A model generated the notes under the pieces. It worked only from the letters and a program-made list of their open reading frames with translations, had not been told where the DNA came from and made no database searches. A stretch of 64,000 nt of DNA, from positions 992,001-1,056,000 of the forward strand of contig NW_027191456.1 of the NCBI RefSeq assembly GCF_011745625.1, in the 5' to 3' direction. Numbering within the stretch: the first letter of the stretch is position 1; every line of letters starts with the position of its first letter. Shown here one piece after another: positions 23,171 to 34,323 of this stretch. This DNA comes from Cladosporium halotolerans (taxonomy: Eukaryota). Position numbers and translations under genes: made by a program.

Positions 23171-25108
23171 TCATCTAGCCGACTCCCTCGCAGCCTTCAA
23201 TCCCGCCCCAACAAGCCAGACCGCCCCGCGAACTCCCATACCAACCAACGAAACCGTCTCCCTCACAAGCCCCGGTTCCTTCCCCCTCTCGCGGTCTCGC
23301 CTCTTCTTCTCCTCCCGCTTCATCTTCTTCACATCCTTCCCGCCCGCATTGCTACCCTCCTTCCCCTCCGAATGATCACCACCAACAACCTTACCCGCCA
23401 TGATCATCCTCGTCGGCGGCGGCGCAAACTCCACCGCCTCCCTCCTCACCATCTCATTCTCCAGCACCGCCACAGCCAGCACCGCCGCAACCGCCACATC
23501 AAGCACGTACGGCTCGTCCAGCGCCAGCAAGCCCGGCGTGTCCAGCACCGCGACGCCCGCGCCGAAATCCAGCGTCAGCAGCGCCAGCGTCTGCGCCGCG
23601 AGGGCCGCGGGCGTCGCGCGCGGGTGGTGCAGAGAGATTTTGGCGCGTGCCTCGGGACCGCTGCCTGTGGTCGCGGGCGAGACGGTGATGGGCAGGGAGC
23701 CGAGGGAGGCGTGCGCGAGCGCGTAGGTTGCGCTTAGGCTGCCGGAGGCGGAGCGGGAGCGCGTCGTGCGTCGGATGGTGCTGGTGTGGTGGCTGTGGGC
23801 TTGGGCGAGGGCGTTCTGTGCTAGGCGGGCGGCGGCGGGCGAGGAGCCGGTTGGGTCGGTCAGGGCGATCGTGGAGGCCAGGGGGCTGGTGGCGGCTGCT
23901 TGGATGGCGTCTAGGGCGGCTTGGTGGGGAAAGAGGGTTGCTGGGGGTGAGGTTGCGGTTTGTTGGGTGCTAGGTGGAGGGAGGGAGAGGTAGGCGGTCG
24001 GCATTGGGAGGGCGGATTCGGGGCAGGTCTTGTGGATTGTGAGATCTTTTGGTTCAGTGATTAAGGTTGGTTTTGAGGTAGGGCTAGGGGCGTTTGATTG
24101 CATGGAGTAGAGGGTTTTGCCATCGGCGCCGAGCGTGAGGGACATGTTCTGATCTTTCGGTTGTTCGAGATCAAGCTGGACTCTCCTCCCGGTTGGTGGA
24201 CACGATGTCGTGGACGCGTGCCATATGGTCAGTACGTCTGCCGAAGAAGCTCGAGGGACGTCTGTATATGAATTGCAAAGAGCGACGGCAGAGTCCTCTC
24301 GCTTCAACGCTGGCCAATGTGCCGAGCTCGCACTATTACGTGTGTTGCTGGAATTGCCCGTCAATGGAGAGCTGGTCACAAGGGGAAAATACTGCTGTTG
24401 AGAGAGTGGCTTCGAGTGATCATATTGCGGGAACATTGACCTTGTTGGCTGATTGGATGTTGCACCTGAAGAATACCGTCCAGTTGCGTCGCTGTTACTG
24501 CGCACCAGTGTGGATCCGTCTGAGCGAAACGACACTGGTGATGGATATTCCTGCTTCGGAGTCGCTGCCGGCTTGAACGATAGCTTGGTTGGTAAAGGCG
24601 AGAGCTGATCATCATCGATTGGAGTTGCAACGGGATCATCGCGAGCAGTCGGAGTGGAAATACTCTTTGGAATCATAGGCCGTTTTAAGCGGGCAACTGG
24701 AGTGCGTATCCGTGGTGGCGACGACGGAGTGAAACTCGTGTTGATTGGAAGTGGGCAAAGTTGATCCTCGTTGACAAGCGGCTCTACCATTATCGGCGAC
24801 TTAGAGAAATTCGGAACGCTTGATCTTTTGCGAGCGTGCTGTCTACGCGTTGAAGGGGTTCCACCGCCCATGTTAGAGCTCAATGTGGCTGGAGAAGCAT
24901 CATTGGTATCGGACGGTGAGTGTCCGCGGTCACTATGCGTAGGCCTTGTAGTTGTAACTTGCAATGCGACGCCCTTCATGCCAGCCTGGGCGGGAGACGA
25001 AGTCGCTGATCGAGGTTGCTTGAGACTCGACTTGCGCGGCGCGTACGATGACGGGGATGGAAACAGCTGCAACGGAGTGCCAGTTGAAGGAGTGTTTGTA
25101 GTCGCCAT
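23171..25108 (-). CDS. Fungal hypothetical protein with Pro/Ser-rich N-terminal half
   Basis: 645-aa ATG-initiated ORF with a low-complexity N-half, a SMFPQYD..PLSQQQYFP motif and a hydrophobic C-terminal domain; no function recognised. Confidence 0.75.
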   Translation of the reverse strand: MATTNTPSTGTPLQLFPSPSSYAPRKSSLKQPRSATSSPAQAGMKGVALQVTTTRPTHSDRGHSPSDTNDASPATLSSNMGGGTPSTRRQHARKRSSVPNFSKSPIMVEPLVNEDQLCPLPINTSFTPSSPPRIRTPVARLKRPMIPKSISTPTARDDPVATPIDDDQLSPLPTKLSFKPAATPKQEYPSPVSFRSDGSTLVRSNSDATGRYSSGATSNQPTRSMFPQYDHSKPLSQQQYFPLVTSSPLTGNSSNTRNSASSAHWPALKREDSAVALCNSYTDVPRASSADVLTIWHASTTSCPPTGRRVQLDLEQPKDQNMSLTLGADGKTLYSMQSNAPSPTSKPTLITEPKDLTIHKTCPESALPMPTAYLSLPPPSTQQTATSPPATLFPHQAALDAIQAAATSPLASTIALTDPTGSSPAAARLAQNALAQAHSHHTSTIRRTTRSRSASGSLSATYALAHASLGSLPITVSPATTGSGPEARAKISLHHPRATPAALAAQTLALLTLDFGAGVAVLDTPGLLALDEPYVLDVAVAAVLAVAVLENEMVRREAVEFAPPPTRMIMAGKVVGGDHSEGKEGSNAGGKDVKKMKREEKKRRDRERGKEPGLVRETVSLVGMGVRGAVWLVGAGLKAARESAR

Positions 25109-26056
25109 GGTACCAGACCAGAGACTTGACGTAAAGAAAACTAAGAAATAAGAAACGAAATGGTATCAAGCGCGCTGGAAGACAAACCTACCTTCGACCA
25201 CGTCCAGCGACACACCCTGAATCTATATGTCTTCCACAGCAGGCGGCTAGAAGAAGGCCTGTGGGCGCGTGCACGACAATGTGCCGGGTCGTAGAACATC
25301 GGCCTGCAGCCCATCAATGGCCCGCGATGATGGAACCGAAGCCTTCGCGCCGGGAAGTGATCATGCGCTGCGACCGTGCAGGATATTTGCACACGGACAA
25401 CTCAAATGCCGGGACGAATAGAATGTTGTACCGCATGAATGTGGCCGTATAGGGATGTGCCAAGTAGGTGATGTGTGGATGCGCCTTGGGGCTTCTCTAA
25501 GCGCCGAAGTACTAGGACGACTTGTAAGCGCCCAAAGTGTGATCTTCGCGACTAGGTTACACCGATTGGCCCGAGCAGTGAAGAACTCGCTACCTGTGGA
25601 AGAGGTCGTTCATTTTGTGCAAATAGCGTTAGTGAGAATCGCAGCATCCAAACACAGCATGTTGCTGTCACCGCAGGCATATGCAGTTCAATAGCGGCTA
25701 CGATATGCTGGGTTCATGTGCTGTTATATCGATAGCTGGCGGCAATATTGCATCATCATGGATCCAGGTTGAGTCAACAGAGACTTGTGCGACTGCCCAT
25801 GCATTTGATGCAGAAGAGAAGTGAGGTTGGAGGTTGGACGAGCGGTGTCTGTCGTCTCGTAAGGCAGCTGCCAAGGCAAGCTTTCCTCCAAACCAGTGAC
25901 GTTGCTCAGACGCAGGCCACGGAGCGGAGCATACCAGACCGCAAACATGCATTTTGCCAGGTCACTCTGCTGCAGCACCGTCCATCTCGCAATATGAATC
26001 CCTGCTTCAGCTGATCTTGTTCTTCCCCTCTCTGCACTTGGGAGGCATTTCCTAAA

Positions 26057-27193
26057 ATGGTCTCCTTCTGGCCCTTCGGCCGCTCCGACAGCTCATCTGC
26101 CGCCTCGTTCGAAAAGACGCTGTCGACCCTAAGCTCAAAAATAAACCGCTGCTCGTCCCAAATCGACTCTCTCCGCTCCAAGCAGCGCCGTTACAAAGCC
26201 CTCTGGACTCTCTACTCCGCCTTCGCCTACATCCTCGTTGCCGCCATCCTCACCCTAGTCACCGGCTGGCCACAATGGGGTGCCGCTGAATACACGGCCG
26301 TCGCCGGCGGGCCTGTGGCTATCATCGGTGTACGCTGGCTGCTGAATGCATGGTACGACTACAGAGTCAACAAGGTGCAGACACGTCTGCGGGATGCGAC
26401 AAAAGAGCGTGAGAAGGTGATCGAGAAGCTCAAGATTGCTACCAAATACGACTCCACGCAGCAGCTGCTGGACAAGTACGGCGGCAGCTCCCGGAAAGAG
26501 GAGCAACAACAGACGGGCAAGACGCCCAAGCGCAAACCATCTGGCCGCCAGAGTCTGCCAGATCACTTCCAGCAACAGCAGCAACAGCAAGGCCCACGCA
26601 CAGGTTTCGCCCCGCCGCCCACAGCCAACATCCCCGGCCGGCAACCCTCGCCGCAAAACCCGATCGATGCCCGCCTACGCGCCCTCGCACCGCCCCAACC
26701 GCAATCACAAGAGTCAAACGAATCCTTTGCTCCTAACGCCTTTCCCTCCCAGCATCGCCCTGCGCCCCCAACCGGGCAGGTAGTGCAATACGCCCCTGCC
26801 TCACAACCAGCTTGGTATGACCGGATCTTGGACGTCGTTCTGGGAGAGGACGAGGCGGCAGCGAAGAATCGCATCGCACTGATTTGCGGGCAGTGCCGGC
26901 TGGTGAATGGGCAGGCGGCGCCAGGGGCGCGCAGTCTGGAGGACGTGGGCCGTTGGCGGTGTAAGGACTGCGGAGCGATGAATGGCGTTGAAAGCGAGGT
27001 CGGGAAGGTGTTACAGCATGCGGAGAGTAGAGGAGTGCCTGTGAAGGATGAGGAGATGGAAGTGAAGCAGGAGAGCGAGGAGGAGCATGCTGGTGCTGAT
27101 GAGCCGGTGGAGGTGCCTGAGCGGGATTCGGGAGCGGATACGCCACCGGCTGGCTCAACTAGGAGCAAGGCCAGGCAGAGGAAGAAGGCGTAG
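26057..27193 (+). CDS. LNP1: Lunapark, ER three-way junction protein
   Basis: SFEKTLS, two TM segments, coiled coil KLKIATKYDSTQQLLDKY, WYDRILDVVLGEDE, and C4 zinc finger LICGQC..NG..WRCKDCGAMN. Confidence 0.92.
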   Translation: MVSFWPFGRSDSSSAASFEKTLSTLSSKINRCSSQIDSLRSKQRRYKALWTLYSAFAYILVAAILTLVTGWPQWGAAEYTAVAGGPVAIIGVRWLLNAWYDYRVNKVQTRLRDATKEREKVIEKLKIATKYDSTQQLLDKYGGSSRKEEQQQTGKTPKRKPSGRQSLPDHFQQQQQQQGPRTGFAPPPTANIPGRQPSPQNPIDARLRALAPPQPQSQESNESFAPNAFPSQHRPAPPTGQVVQYAPASQPAWYDRILDVVLGEDEAAAKNRIALICGQCRLVNGQAAPGARSLEDVGRWRCKDCGAMNGVESEVGKVLQHAESRGVPVKDEEMEVKQESEEEHAGADEPVEVPERDSGADTPPAGSTRSKARQRKKA

Positions 27194-27580
27194 ATGGGAG
27201 GAGGGACCTCGGTTGAAGGCTTGCACATGAGCATGGGTACTCACCTAGCTCGCGATACAAAAACAAACCAAAACAAGCATGCGCACAAGTGCCAAAGATT
27301 ATAAACATGTAATACTCTTATTCCATTTCAAAGCTGCAAAAACTTTCGAGAGCACAGCTTGTCGTTTCAACGTCAAAAAAGACATGCTTTCCAGCAGTCC
27401 TTCCCTCATCTATTCTCCATGCAAAAATATTGACCAGACCCCCTTTTTGGTATAACTCCTTGCTATGGCTGCGCGATGCGCATTCCTCCCTTTAAACGCC
27501 TACTGGCACCTCAGCGGCCTCCTTTTTCCTTCGGCATCCCCAGAGTTGATTTTGTCTTTGCTTCCGCGTAATCGTCACGC

Positions 27581-29101
27581 TTAGTACATGCGGGTGCAGT
27601 TCCTGAGGAAGTACTCGGTGAACTTCCTGCCGACCTTCTGCTCAGCGACGTGGATCAGGTCGCCCTGCATGGCGTAGTCCAGGTCGTTTGCGCTGACAAT
27701 CTCACCCTCGAGGAGGGGACCCTCAGTGTGGCGCACCTGCCTTGAACGCTGCTTGTTAACCAGCAACCAGCTGCGAAGGGTCTCGGCGTCGACCTCGAGG
27801 AAGCCGGCGAGCTTGGTGATGTCCATGGTGGTGTAGAGCTTGAGGTACGAGCGGACGGTCGAGGCGAACATGTTGTTCTTGACCTCCTTCATGAAGATGG
27901 AAAGGTGGTGCTCGATCGGGTCGACGTTGAGCTGGGGGTTATCGAAGTCCGGAGGTGTGGGAGAGATGAACTTGGGGCAAGCGGCGCGGAAGAGCTCCTC
28001 GAAAACGGGCAGGGCCTCGGGACCGCCGCGCTGCATGCGCGCGAGCTGCTCGCCGTACTTCTCGCGGAGGGCAGTGTGGATCGTGTCGTCGAGACGCGTG
28101 GGGTGGAACGCAACGCAGATGGCGACAAGGGCGTACATCTGATCGCTCTTCTTGGCGATGCTGTCGTACTGCTGGCCCTTCTGGAAGTTCTTGGTGCGGG
28201 AGATGTAGATGAGGATGTGGTTGAAGGCGCGGAGGGCGTCGGCGTAGCGGTGCATCATCATGTAGCTGAAGCCGACGTGGTAGTAGGTGGAGAAGTTAGC
28301 AGCGGTGACACGCGCGAACATGGCCTTCTTGTTCAGCTCAATGTCGTCGAGGGTCTTGAGCGCAAGGGCGAAGTCACCGAGCAAGCAGTGAACTCTCAGC
28401 AGGCCGATGATGGAGAAGTAACCCAACATCTGGTACAGAGGGCGGCCGCCGTACTCGCCCATGTAAGGCGCGGGGTCTTCGTTGCGCTTCCTAGCCGCGA
28501 GCTGCTCGCTGATCTGCGACCTCTGGATAAGGGAGTACAGGACGTTGAGGACAGAGTAGCATCCCCAAGTGTTCGGGTTCTCGCGGAGAACGGCGACATC
28601 CTCCTCGTTGACCTGCGTAGTGGCCTGCTGAAGCGCGACCTTTTGGCGGTATGAGCAGAAAGACTGGAACTGGTAGATGAACTCGTCGACCACGTCCCAG
28701 GCCCAGAAAGGCTGTATCCGCATATTAGCGCCTCCAAACTCTCACAAATTTGAATATTCTCTTTCTCCACGTACAGATGGCACCTCAATATCCACCGGTC
28801 CCTCGCTGTTCAGAATGAAATGGAACAGGTTGCAGTACTGGTCGTAGCTCTGGATCTTGGTCTCGATAGTGGCCTGGTACTCCAGAGGCTGCGCAGCGGC
28901 CTGCAATTGCGCCTGCAAATCCTGCGGTCCGCTGCTCAGAGAATCGGTGCGCTCGAGGCCGTAGTCTTCGCCCTCGCCGTCGGTGTAGCCAACCTGCTGG
29001 CGGTAGTCGTTGGCGAGCGCCTCCTCCTCGACGTCGGAGTCATCGTCGAGGGGTCGCTCGGGCTGGGCCTGTTGGTAGGCGGGTGCTTGACGGACGGACA
29101 T
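27581..29101 (-). CDS. eIF3L: Eukaryotic translation initiation factor 3 subunit L; intron 28712-28774
   Basis: SYDQYCNLFHFILN, WAWDVVDEFIYQFQSF, LGYFSIIGLLRVHCLLGDF, ACPKFISP, RSYLKLYTTM. Confidence 0.95.
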
Positions 29102-29581
29102 GTTGGGCGTGCTGGGGCGTATTCCTCTCGTCACTCGACAGAAGCTCGTCGTCGCACTGGTGTCGTTAATTCGGGGCCTGCAGCGCGCAAATTCATGCCA
29201 AGGCGGGGACCGCTGGTGCCTGAAATTGCAGCCTTAAAGCCCATCACAGCTCCAGAGGTCTCTATCGCAACGCAGAAAGACGTACCGGGTACAATTATGC
29301 ATATCGATTGTAACTGACGTCCCCAGCCAGAATGAGGAGCAGCAATTGCTGATGAAAATGGTTGTTCATTTTATTGCTCGGTCCACGACTGCATATGAAT
29401 GCGATGAAATCGTCTAGCACGCGTGGACCTTTTCCGACTCCAATGATGAACGAGTGAAACTCACCTGACATGAACGGCTAAGACGCCGGAATCCACTTCA
29501 CTGTGAGACATATCGTCCCTCACGCAAATGCGGGCAGCATACAACGGTCGGCATCATTGTTATGTACCGTGAGATATACGC

Positions 29582-29723
29582 TGACCGAGACCTCTCGGGC
29601 GAAAATAGTCGTATAACCCTGCAGCTCTAATGCAGGGTTAGGGTTGGGGTTAACCTTTGCGTACACAGTCACACCTCTTTGAGTGACGGAAATCCTTTTC
29701 AAAACGCAGATCCGTCTCGGTCA
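29582..29723. other. 142-bp element bounded by a 10-bp inverted repeat, containing internal hairpins and telomere-like TTAGGG motifs; identity unknown
   Basis: TGACCGAGAC (29582-91) / GTCTCGGTCA (29714-23); internal TAACCCTGCA-7nt-TGCAGGGTTA followed by GGGTTGGGGTTA. Confidence 0.45.
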
Positions 29724-29972
29724 AGGGAACATTTCAGGCCTTATCTATCTGTGTAAGCATTGTTGATAACGCATTGTTAACGCGGGAAAAAACGTCAAAA
29801 GGTGCACTTTATGTCAGGTTAAAGGACTTTCATTATTTCGTTGGTATCAACGCTCGACCAAACCATTCTAGGCGGGAGCACAACAAATCATAAACCCAAA
29901 ACGCCGCTTCTAATGACCATAAGGAAGAATGCTCGCTAACGTTATACAATCTTCAGGAGCAAGTGCCAACGT

Positions 29973-30980
29973 CTACCACTTTATGACGCGTTCGGACTCA
30001 CCCTCCCTCGGTGGGAAATAGGTGTTGATAAGCTCGATGTAGTAGCTCTTCAACTCCTTGACCTCAGGGATACCGTCGCTCTTGCTGTAGAGATCGTACG
30101 GGTTGAACGCCTTGACGGCCTTGAGCATCTCGTGATCCTTCTCGTTCATCATCCACCTGTAGCCACCGGCAGAGTGCCAGGGGTAGAAGGAGTGGTAGCG
30201 GATCATCGCCAGAGCCTCGTCGGGCAGAGTGCTCTGCTCTTTGCACAGGTGGTACAGGTACTCGTCGTGGCCCCAGGAGAGCATGACGTTGTCGAGACCG
30301 CAGCCCTCGCTGTAGATGCCGTGCTTGGTGCTGTAGACGGGATCTTTGGAGTCAGGGTTACCCGCGAAGGTGCCGGGGTAGATGATGCTGTCCTCGAAGG
30401 CGCAGCCGACGGGGAAGGTATCGCCAACGACATCCCACTGGCCCTGGGCGCCGTAAAAGAAGAGAAGCTTGCCGAGATCGTGGATCAGACCGGTCAGCTG
30501 GAACCACTTGGGCTTGCCGTCGCGACGGATGGCCTCTGCGGATTGCAGAAGGTGCTCAATCTGGGACAGAGAAGTGTCCGGGTCGGACTCGTCGATGAGG
30601 GTGTTGAGCTTCTCCATGGCCTGCCAGATGGTCATCTCGGCGCGGGTCTTGGACTTGAAGTCGTTGCGGGCCTTGAGGTTGTAGGCGACCGTCTGCTTCT
30701 CGTGCTGCTCGCGGTAGAAGTTCTTGACGCGGTCGCAGGCATCCTCGTACTGACGGAACTGAGTCTTGTCCTTGTCGGCGTCGAACTGCGATTGCTCGTA
30801 CAGGTCGACTTCCTCCTGACTGGCAGTACCATTCTTGACGCGCATGGCGGCCTTGAGGACATTGACCTCGTCGACAGCATCAGAGGTGGCCTCGAGGGCG
30901 AGGCCATCTCTGTGATCGACGAACTCCTCAGCAACATTGGGGGCCTCGACGGGAGGCATGGCCACGGCTGCGGGTGCCAT
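29973..30980 (-). CDS. MIOX: myo-Inositol oxygenase
   Basis: FRQY, QHEKQT, IDESDPD, HLLQSAEAIR, GLIHDLGK, QWDVVGDTFPVGC, SWGHDEYLY, MIRYHSFYPWH, FNPYDLYSK; ATG at 30980. Confidence 0.96.
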   Translation of the reverse strand: MAPAAVAMPPVEAPNVAEEFVDHRDGLALEATSDAVDEVNVLKAAMRVKNGTASQEEVDLYEQSQFDADKDKTQFRQYEDACDRVKNFYREQHEKQTVAYNLKARNDFKSKTRAEMTIWQAMEKLNTLIDESDPDTSLSQIEHLLQSAEAIRRDGKPKWFQLTGLIHDLGKLLFFYGAQGQWDVVGDTFPVGCAFEDSIIYPGTFAGNPDSKDPVYSTKHGIYSEGCGLDNVMLSWGHDEYLYHLCKEQSTLPDEALAMIRYHSFYPWHSAGGYRWMMNEKDHEMLKAVKAFNPYDLYSKSDGIPEVKELKSYYIELINTYFPPREGESERVIKW

Positions 30981-32126
30981 TGTGAATTGACTGTGGATGA
31001 CTTGGTTGGATTGATCAATCGATGTTTCTGGATGTATGGGAAATCGAAGGGTCACAGAAGTAAAGAGATTGATGGGATGGCTGGATGGATGGTGAGACGA
31101 TTGAACAGCCGGGCGACGATACGACCTTTTCTATCCATCGGACATCTAGTGAACCCCATAACCCCAGGGGCCCTCCACTTGCCTTGTGCGAGACGAGCAG
31201 GCAAGACAGCCTTGCCCCAGGCAAACTCCGATCAAGGTCTGGGTGAGACTCTCTCCACAAGCATACCCCAAGCGCCCACACCTGCCCTACGGACGCCGGT
31301 CTGGAGACGCCCCAGACGGAGTCGTCGAAGCCAAAACATCGTCATGCGCAGCTGTACCCCTCCCCATTGGCCTTCACTTACCCACCATCGGAAAATCCTG
31401 TCGGAGCGGAAGCAAGAAAATCCCTCAACGACCCCACCTGACTTCTCCTTGCGGTAGGCCGGAAGCAAAGTTGCTGCGCGCCGCCGATCGCTTGCATCAT
31501 GCGGCGGCTGACTTTGCAGGTGTTGCGGACAGACTTGCCTCTCCTGCTCAGACTCAGCCCCCGAGCCGTCGTTTACCGGGCAAGCTAGGCGCAAGGTTTC
31601 TCCGACAGGTTTTTCCTAGCGCCTTGGCCCCGAGCGATACGAGGTCAGCTCGGAGGCCGCTAGCTCGGCAGGCCTACCGAAGGGAGTGTAAGTGAAAGCC
31701 ACGTGGGAGGCCCTCCGATGTGACGAGAGGCGTAAGGTGGCAGGCCTTGTGTTTCGACCCTCCAGGCTGCAGAACATTCCAATAGGCTTTGGTCTTTGCT
31801 TGCTGTTCGTCGGACAAGGCGACATCCACCCTGTCACGTGATCATGTTCTCACGCCATAGCGCTCGTCACAATCTCACCCCGGTCGCCGACGACCCCACG
31901 AAATCAAACACCGAGCCCCCCACGTTTAGCGCTTGGGTTTAGGGCTGTTGCTGCATCACCGTCAACGAAACTGTGCGTTCTGCGTAGTCACACGCTCAAA
32001 TAATTGCGCGTTCGGCATTTGATAGGCCGAGCAATCCAAGGAAAAACAGTTATGAACCCCTCCCTTGCCAATTTCATGCTCGCAAGAACACCCGAACACA
32101 TCAAGAACCCGGAAGGAGACGCAAAC

Positions 32127-33165
32127 ATGTCCGTCAACACTCACTTCAAGCTCAACACTGGCGCATCCATCCCCGCCGTCGGCCTTGGTACATGGCAATC
32201 AGGCCCTGGAGAGGTTGCAGCTGCCGTTGAGCACGCTCTCAAGAGTGGCTACACTCACATTGATGCTGCTTACGTGTACGGAAACGAAAAAGAAGTCGGC
32301 GAGGGCTTGAAGAAGGCCTTCGAGTCTGGTGTCAAGCGCGAGGATGTCTTTGTGACCTCGAAGTTGTGGTGTACCTTCCACAGAGACCCGATCAAATGTT
32401 TGAACGAGACGCTGGAGAGGCTGGGCCTGGAATACATCGATCTGTGGCTCATGCACTGGCCTGTGCCAATGAACCCGAACGGCAACCACCCTCTGTTTCC
32501 TAAGCATGAAGACGGCTCCCGAGACCTCGACACTGAGTGGTCATACATCGACACGTACAAGAAAATGGAAGAAGTTCTGAAGACGGGCAAGACCAAGGCC
32601 ATTGGCGTATCAAATTTCAGTGTTCCGTATCTGGAGAAGCTGCTCAAGGAACCCAACATCACCGTGCCCGCTGCCAACCAGATCGAGAACCACCCGTACC
32701 TGCCCCAGCAAGAGATTGTGGATTTCTGCCAGTCCAAGGGTATCCAGGTCCAGGCATACAGCCCGCTTGGGAGCAGTGGCAGCCCTCTGTTCCAGGAGGA
32801 GGGCGTGAAGAAGGTTGCCGAGAAGCACAACGTTGGTCCCGGCACCGTCCTGATCAGCTACCAAGGTAATTCTTGATTGCCCTGTCATTTTCACGAAGGC
32901 CAATGCTGATCCCACGACTTTCAGTCGCCCGCGGTATCACACCGCTTCCCAAGTCCGTCACCGCCACAAGAATCGCAGAGAACCTCAAGGTGGTGCCGCT
33001 CGACTCCTCCGATATTGAAGCACTGAACGATATCCACAAGACCAAGGGCCTGACGCGCTTCGTCTACCCTGCTTTTGGCGTAAGCAATCTCCGTTGTCTG
33101 CCTGTTCCACTTCGGTATGGCTAACGCTCTCTTAGGTCAACCTGGGCTTCCCCGACAAGCAGTAG
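32127..33165 (+). CDS. NADPH aldo-keto reductase, candidate D-glucuronate/hexuronate reductase; introns 32866-32924 and 33080-33135
   Basis: IPAVGLGTWQ; catalytic tetrad in IDAAYVY / TSKLW / LMHWP; AIGVSNF; PLPKSV. Substrate is inferred only from the divergent MIOX neighbour. Confidence 0.9.
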
Positions 33166-33304
33166 GCTTGATGTGACTTGAAAAGCGTTTGAACCCGGAC
33201 GTCCCATAGACCATGTACAGCGACATTGTAACGAATGCATCAATGATTCATTGACCATGCGGGCCGTCTCCTAGTTGCAGGTGCAAGTTTCTCGCGTAAT
33301 CATC

Positions 33305-33675
33305 TCATGTCTTCTCGCGAGCTTTCACAGCTTTGGCTTCCTGCTTGAGAACGTCCTCTAAGCCCTCGTTCTTGCGGGCGAGTAGTAGAACGTCCGAAGT
33401 ATTAATCGTGGACCGTCCAGCATGCTTCGCAAAGGCCTCGAGATCATGGCTCACATTTTCTGATTCTCAGTAAGTATCAAATTCCGGGGCAAAATGGTCA
33501 CACGATCCTCGTTCGTACCTATTTGCTGCCACAATGTCTCGCTCAGTGCGCCGATGAAGTGAGGGGTGGCGTTGATGTCTTTGGTCAAGGAGATGGAGTC
33601 GATGGTCTGGCCAACACTGTACCACAGAGCAGCTTTCAGTCGCTCTTCTTTCTCTGCATCGCTGGAGGGCGCCAT
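33305..33675 (-). CDS. MHF1: CENP-S / MHF1 histone-fold protein; 1 intron
   Basis: ERLKAALWYSVGQ..ATPHFIGALSE..QI|ENVSHDLEAFAKHAGRSTINTSDVLLLARKNEGL, spliced by hand. Confidence 0.92.
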
Positions 33676-34323
33676 GTCTGGTTGTGGTGGTGATTGCGAT
33701 AGAAGACGTGTCGCGCGTTCGACGCGTTTCATGACGGCGCGCGGGATTTGCCGCTGGCGTCACTCAGATTGGAACTTCTCCCTTTTGGTGACGTGACAAT
33801 CATCAGACGTCAAGATTCCAAGTCAGCCTCCTCGAACATCCTTAGTGAAGGTCGACAAGATGCCGGGCGCAGCCATTCAATCAAAGGGACTCGGTCATTG
33901 ATCCGGTAACAGCGATCGTGGTTTGGTCGACAGTGTGGCCGCCCATGGATCCCGCGCGGACTTCAACTTTCACTCACGGTCGCGGTATGGGATAATTGCA
34001 GGGACGGAGGTTCTTCCAAGTCAAATGGAGCACTCTGCTGAAGAGCATGCATCCTCTGGAATGCGACGTGCGCGCCTCGACGCGTGCTTCGCGCGAAGAA
34101 TGCTCGCTTGCCTCGTACCAAGCCAACTTTTCTACGGACATCGCATGCCTGGCGTAGCGATTCATGTATCCAGCCTTCAGAGATACAAAATGATGGTGAG
34201 TAGTGGCTGTGAAGGTACGCACGCCATCTCTGCAAGTATATTGCCTCTCTGTTCTCTCTTTCTCGTTGGGACATGATTCATTGAATCGACTTGCTGTCGA
34301 TACCGCTATACACACATATTATC

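Noticed and set aside
29614..29652. Telomerase RNA template or a true telomere
   Set aside because: Only about two repeats, partly locked in a hairpin. The intergenic gap (~870 bp) is short relative to typical filamentous-fungal telomerase RNAs and I see no pseudoknot. Kept only as an unexplained element.
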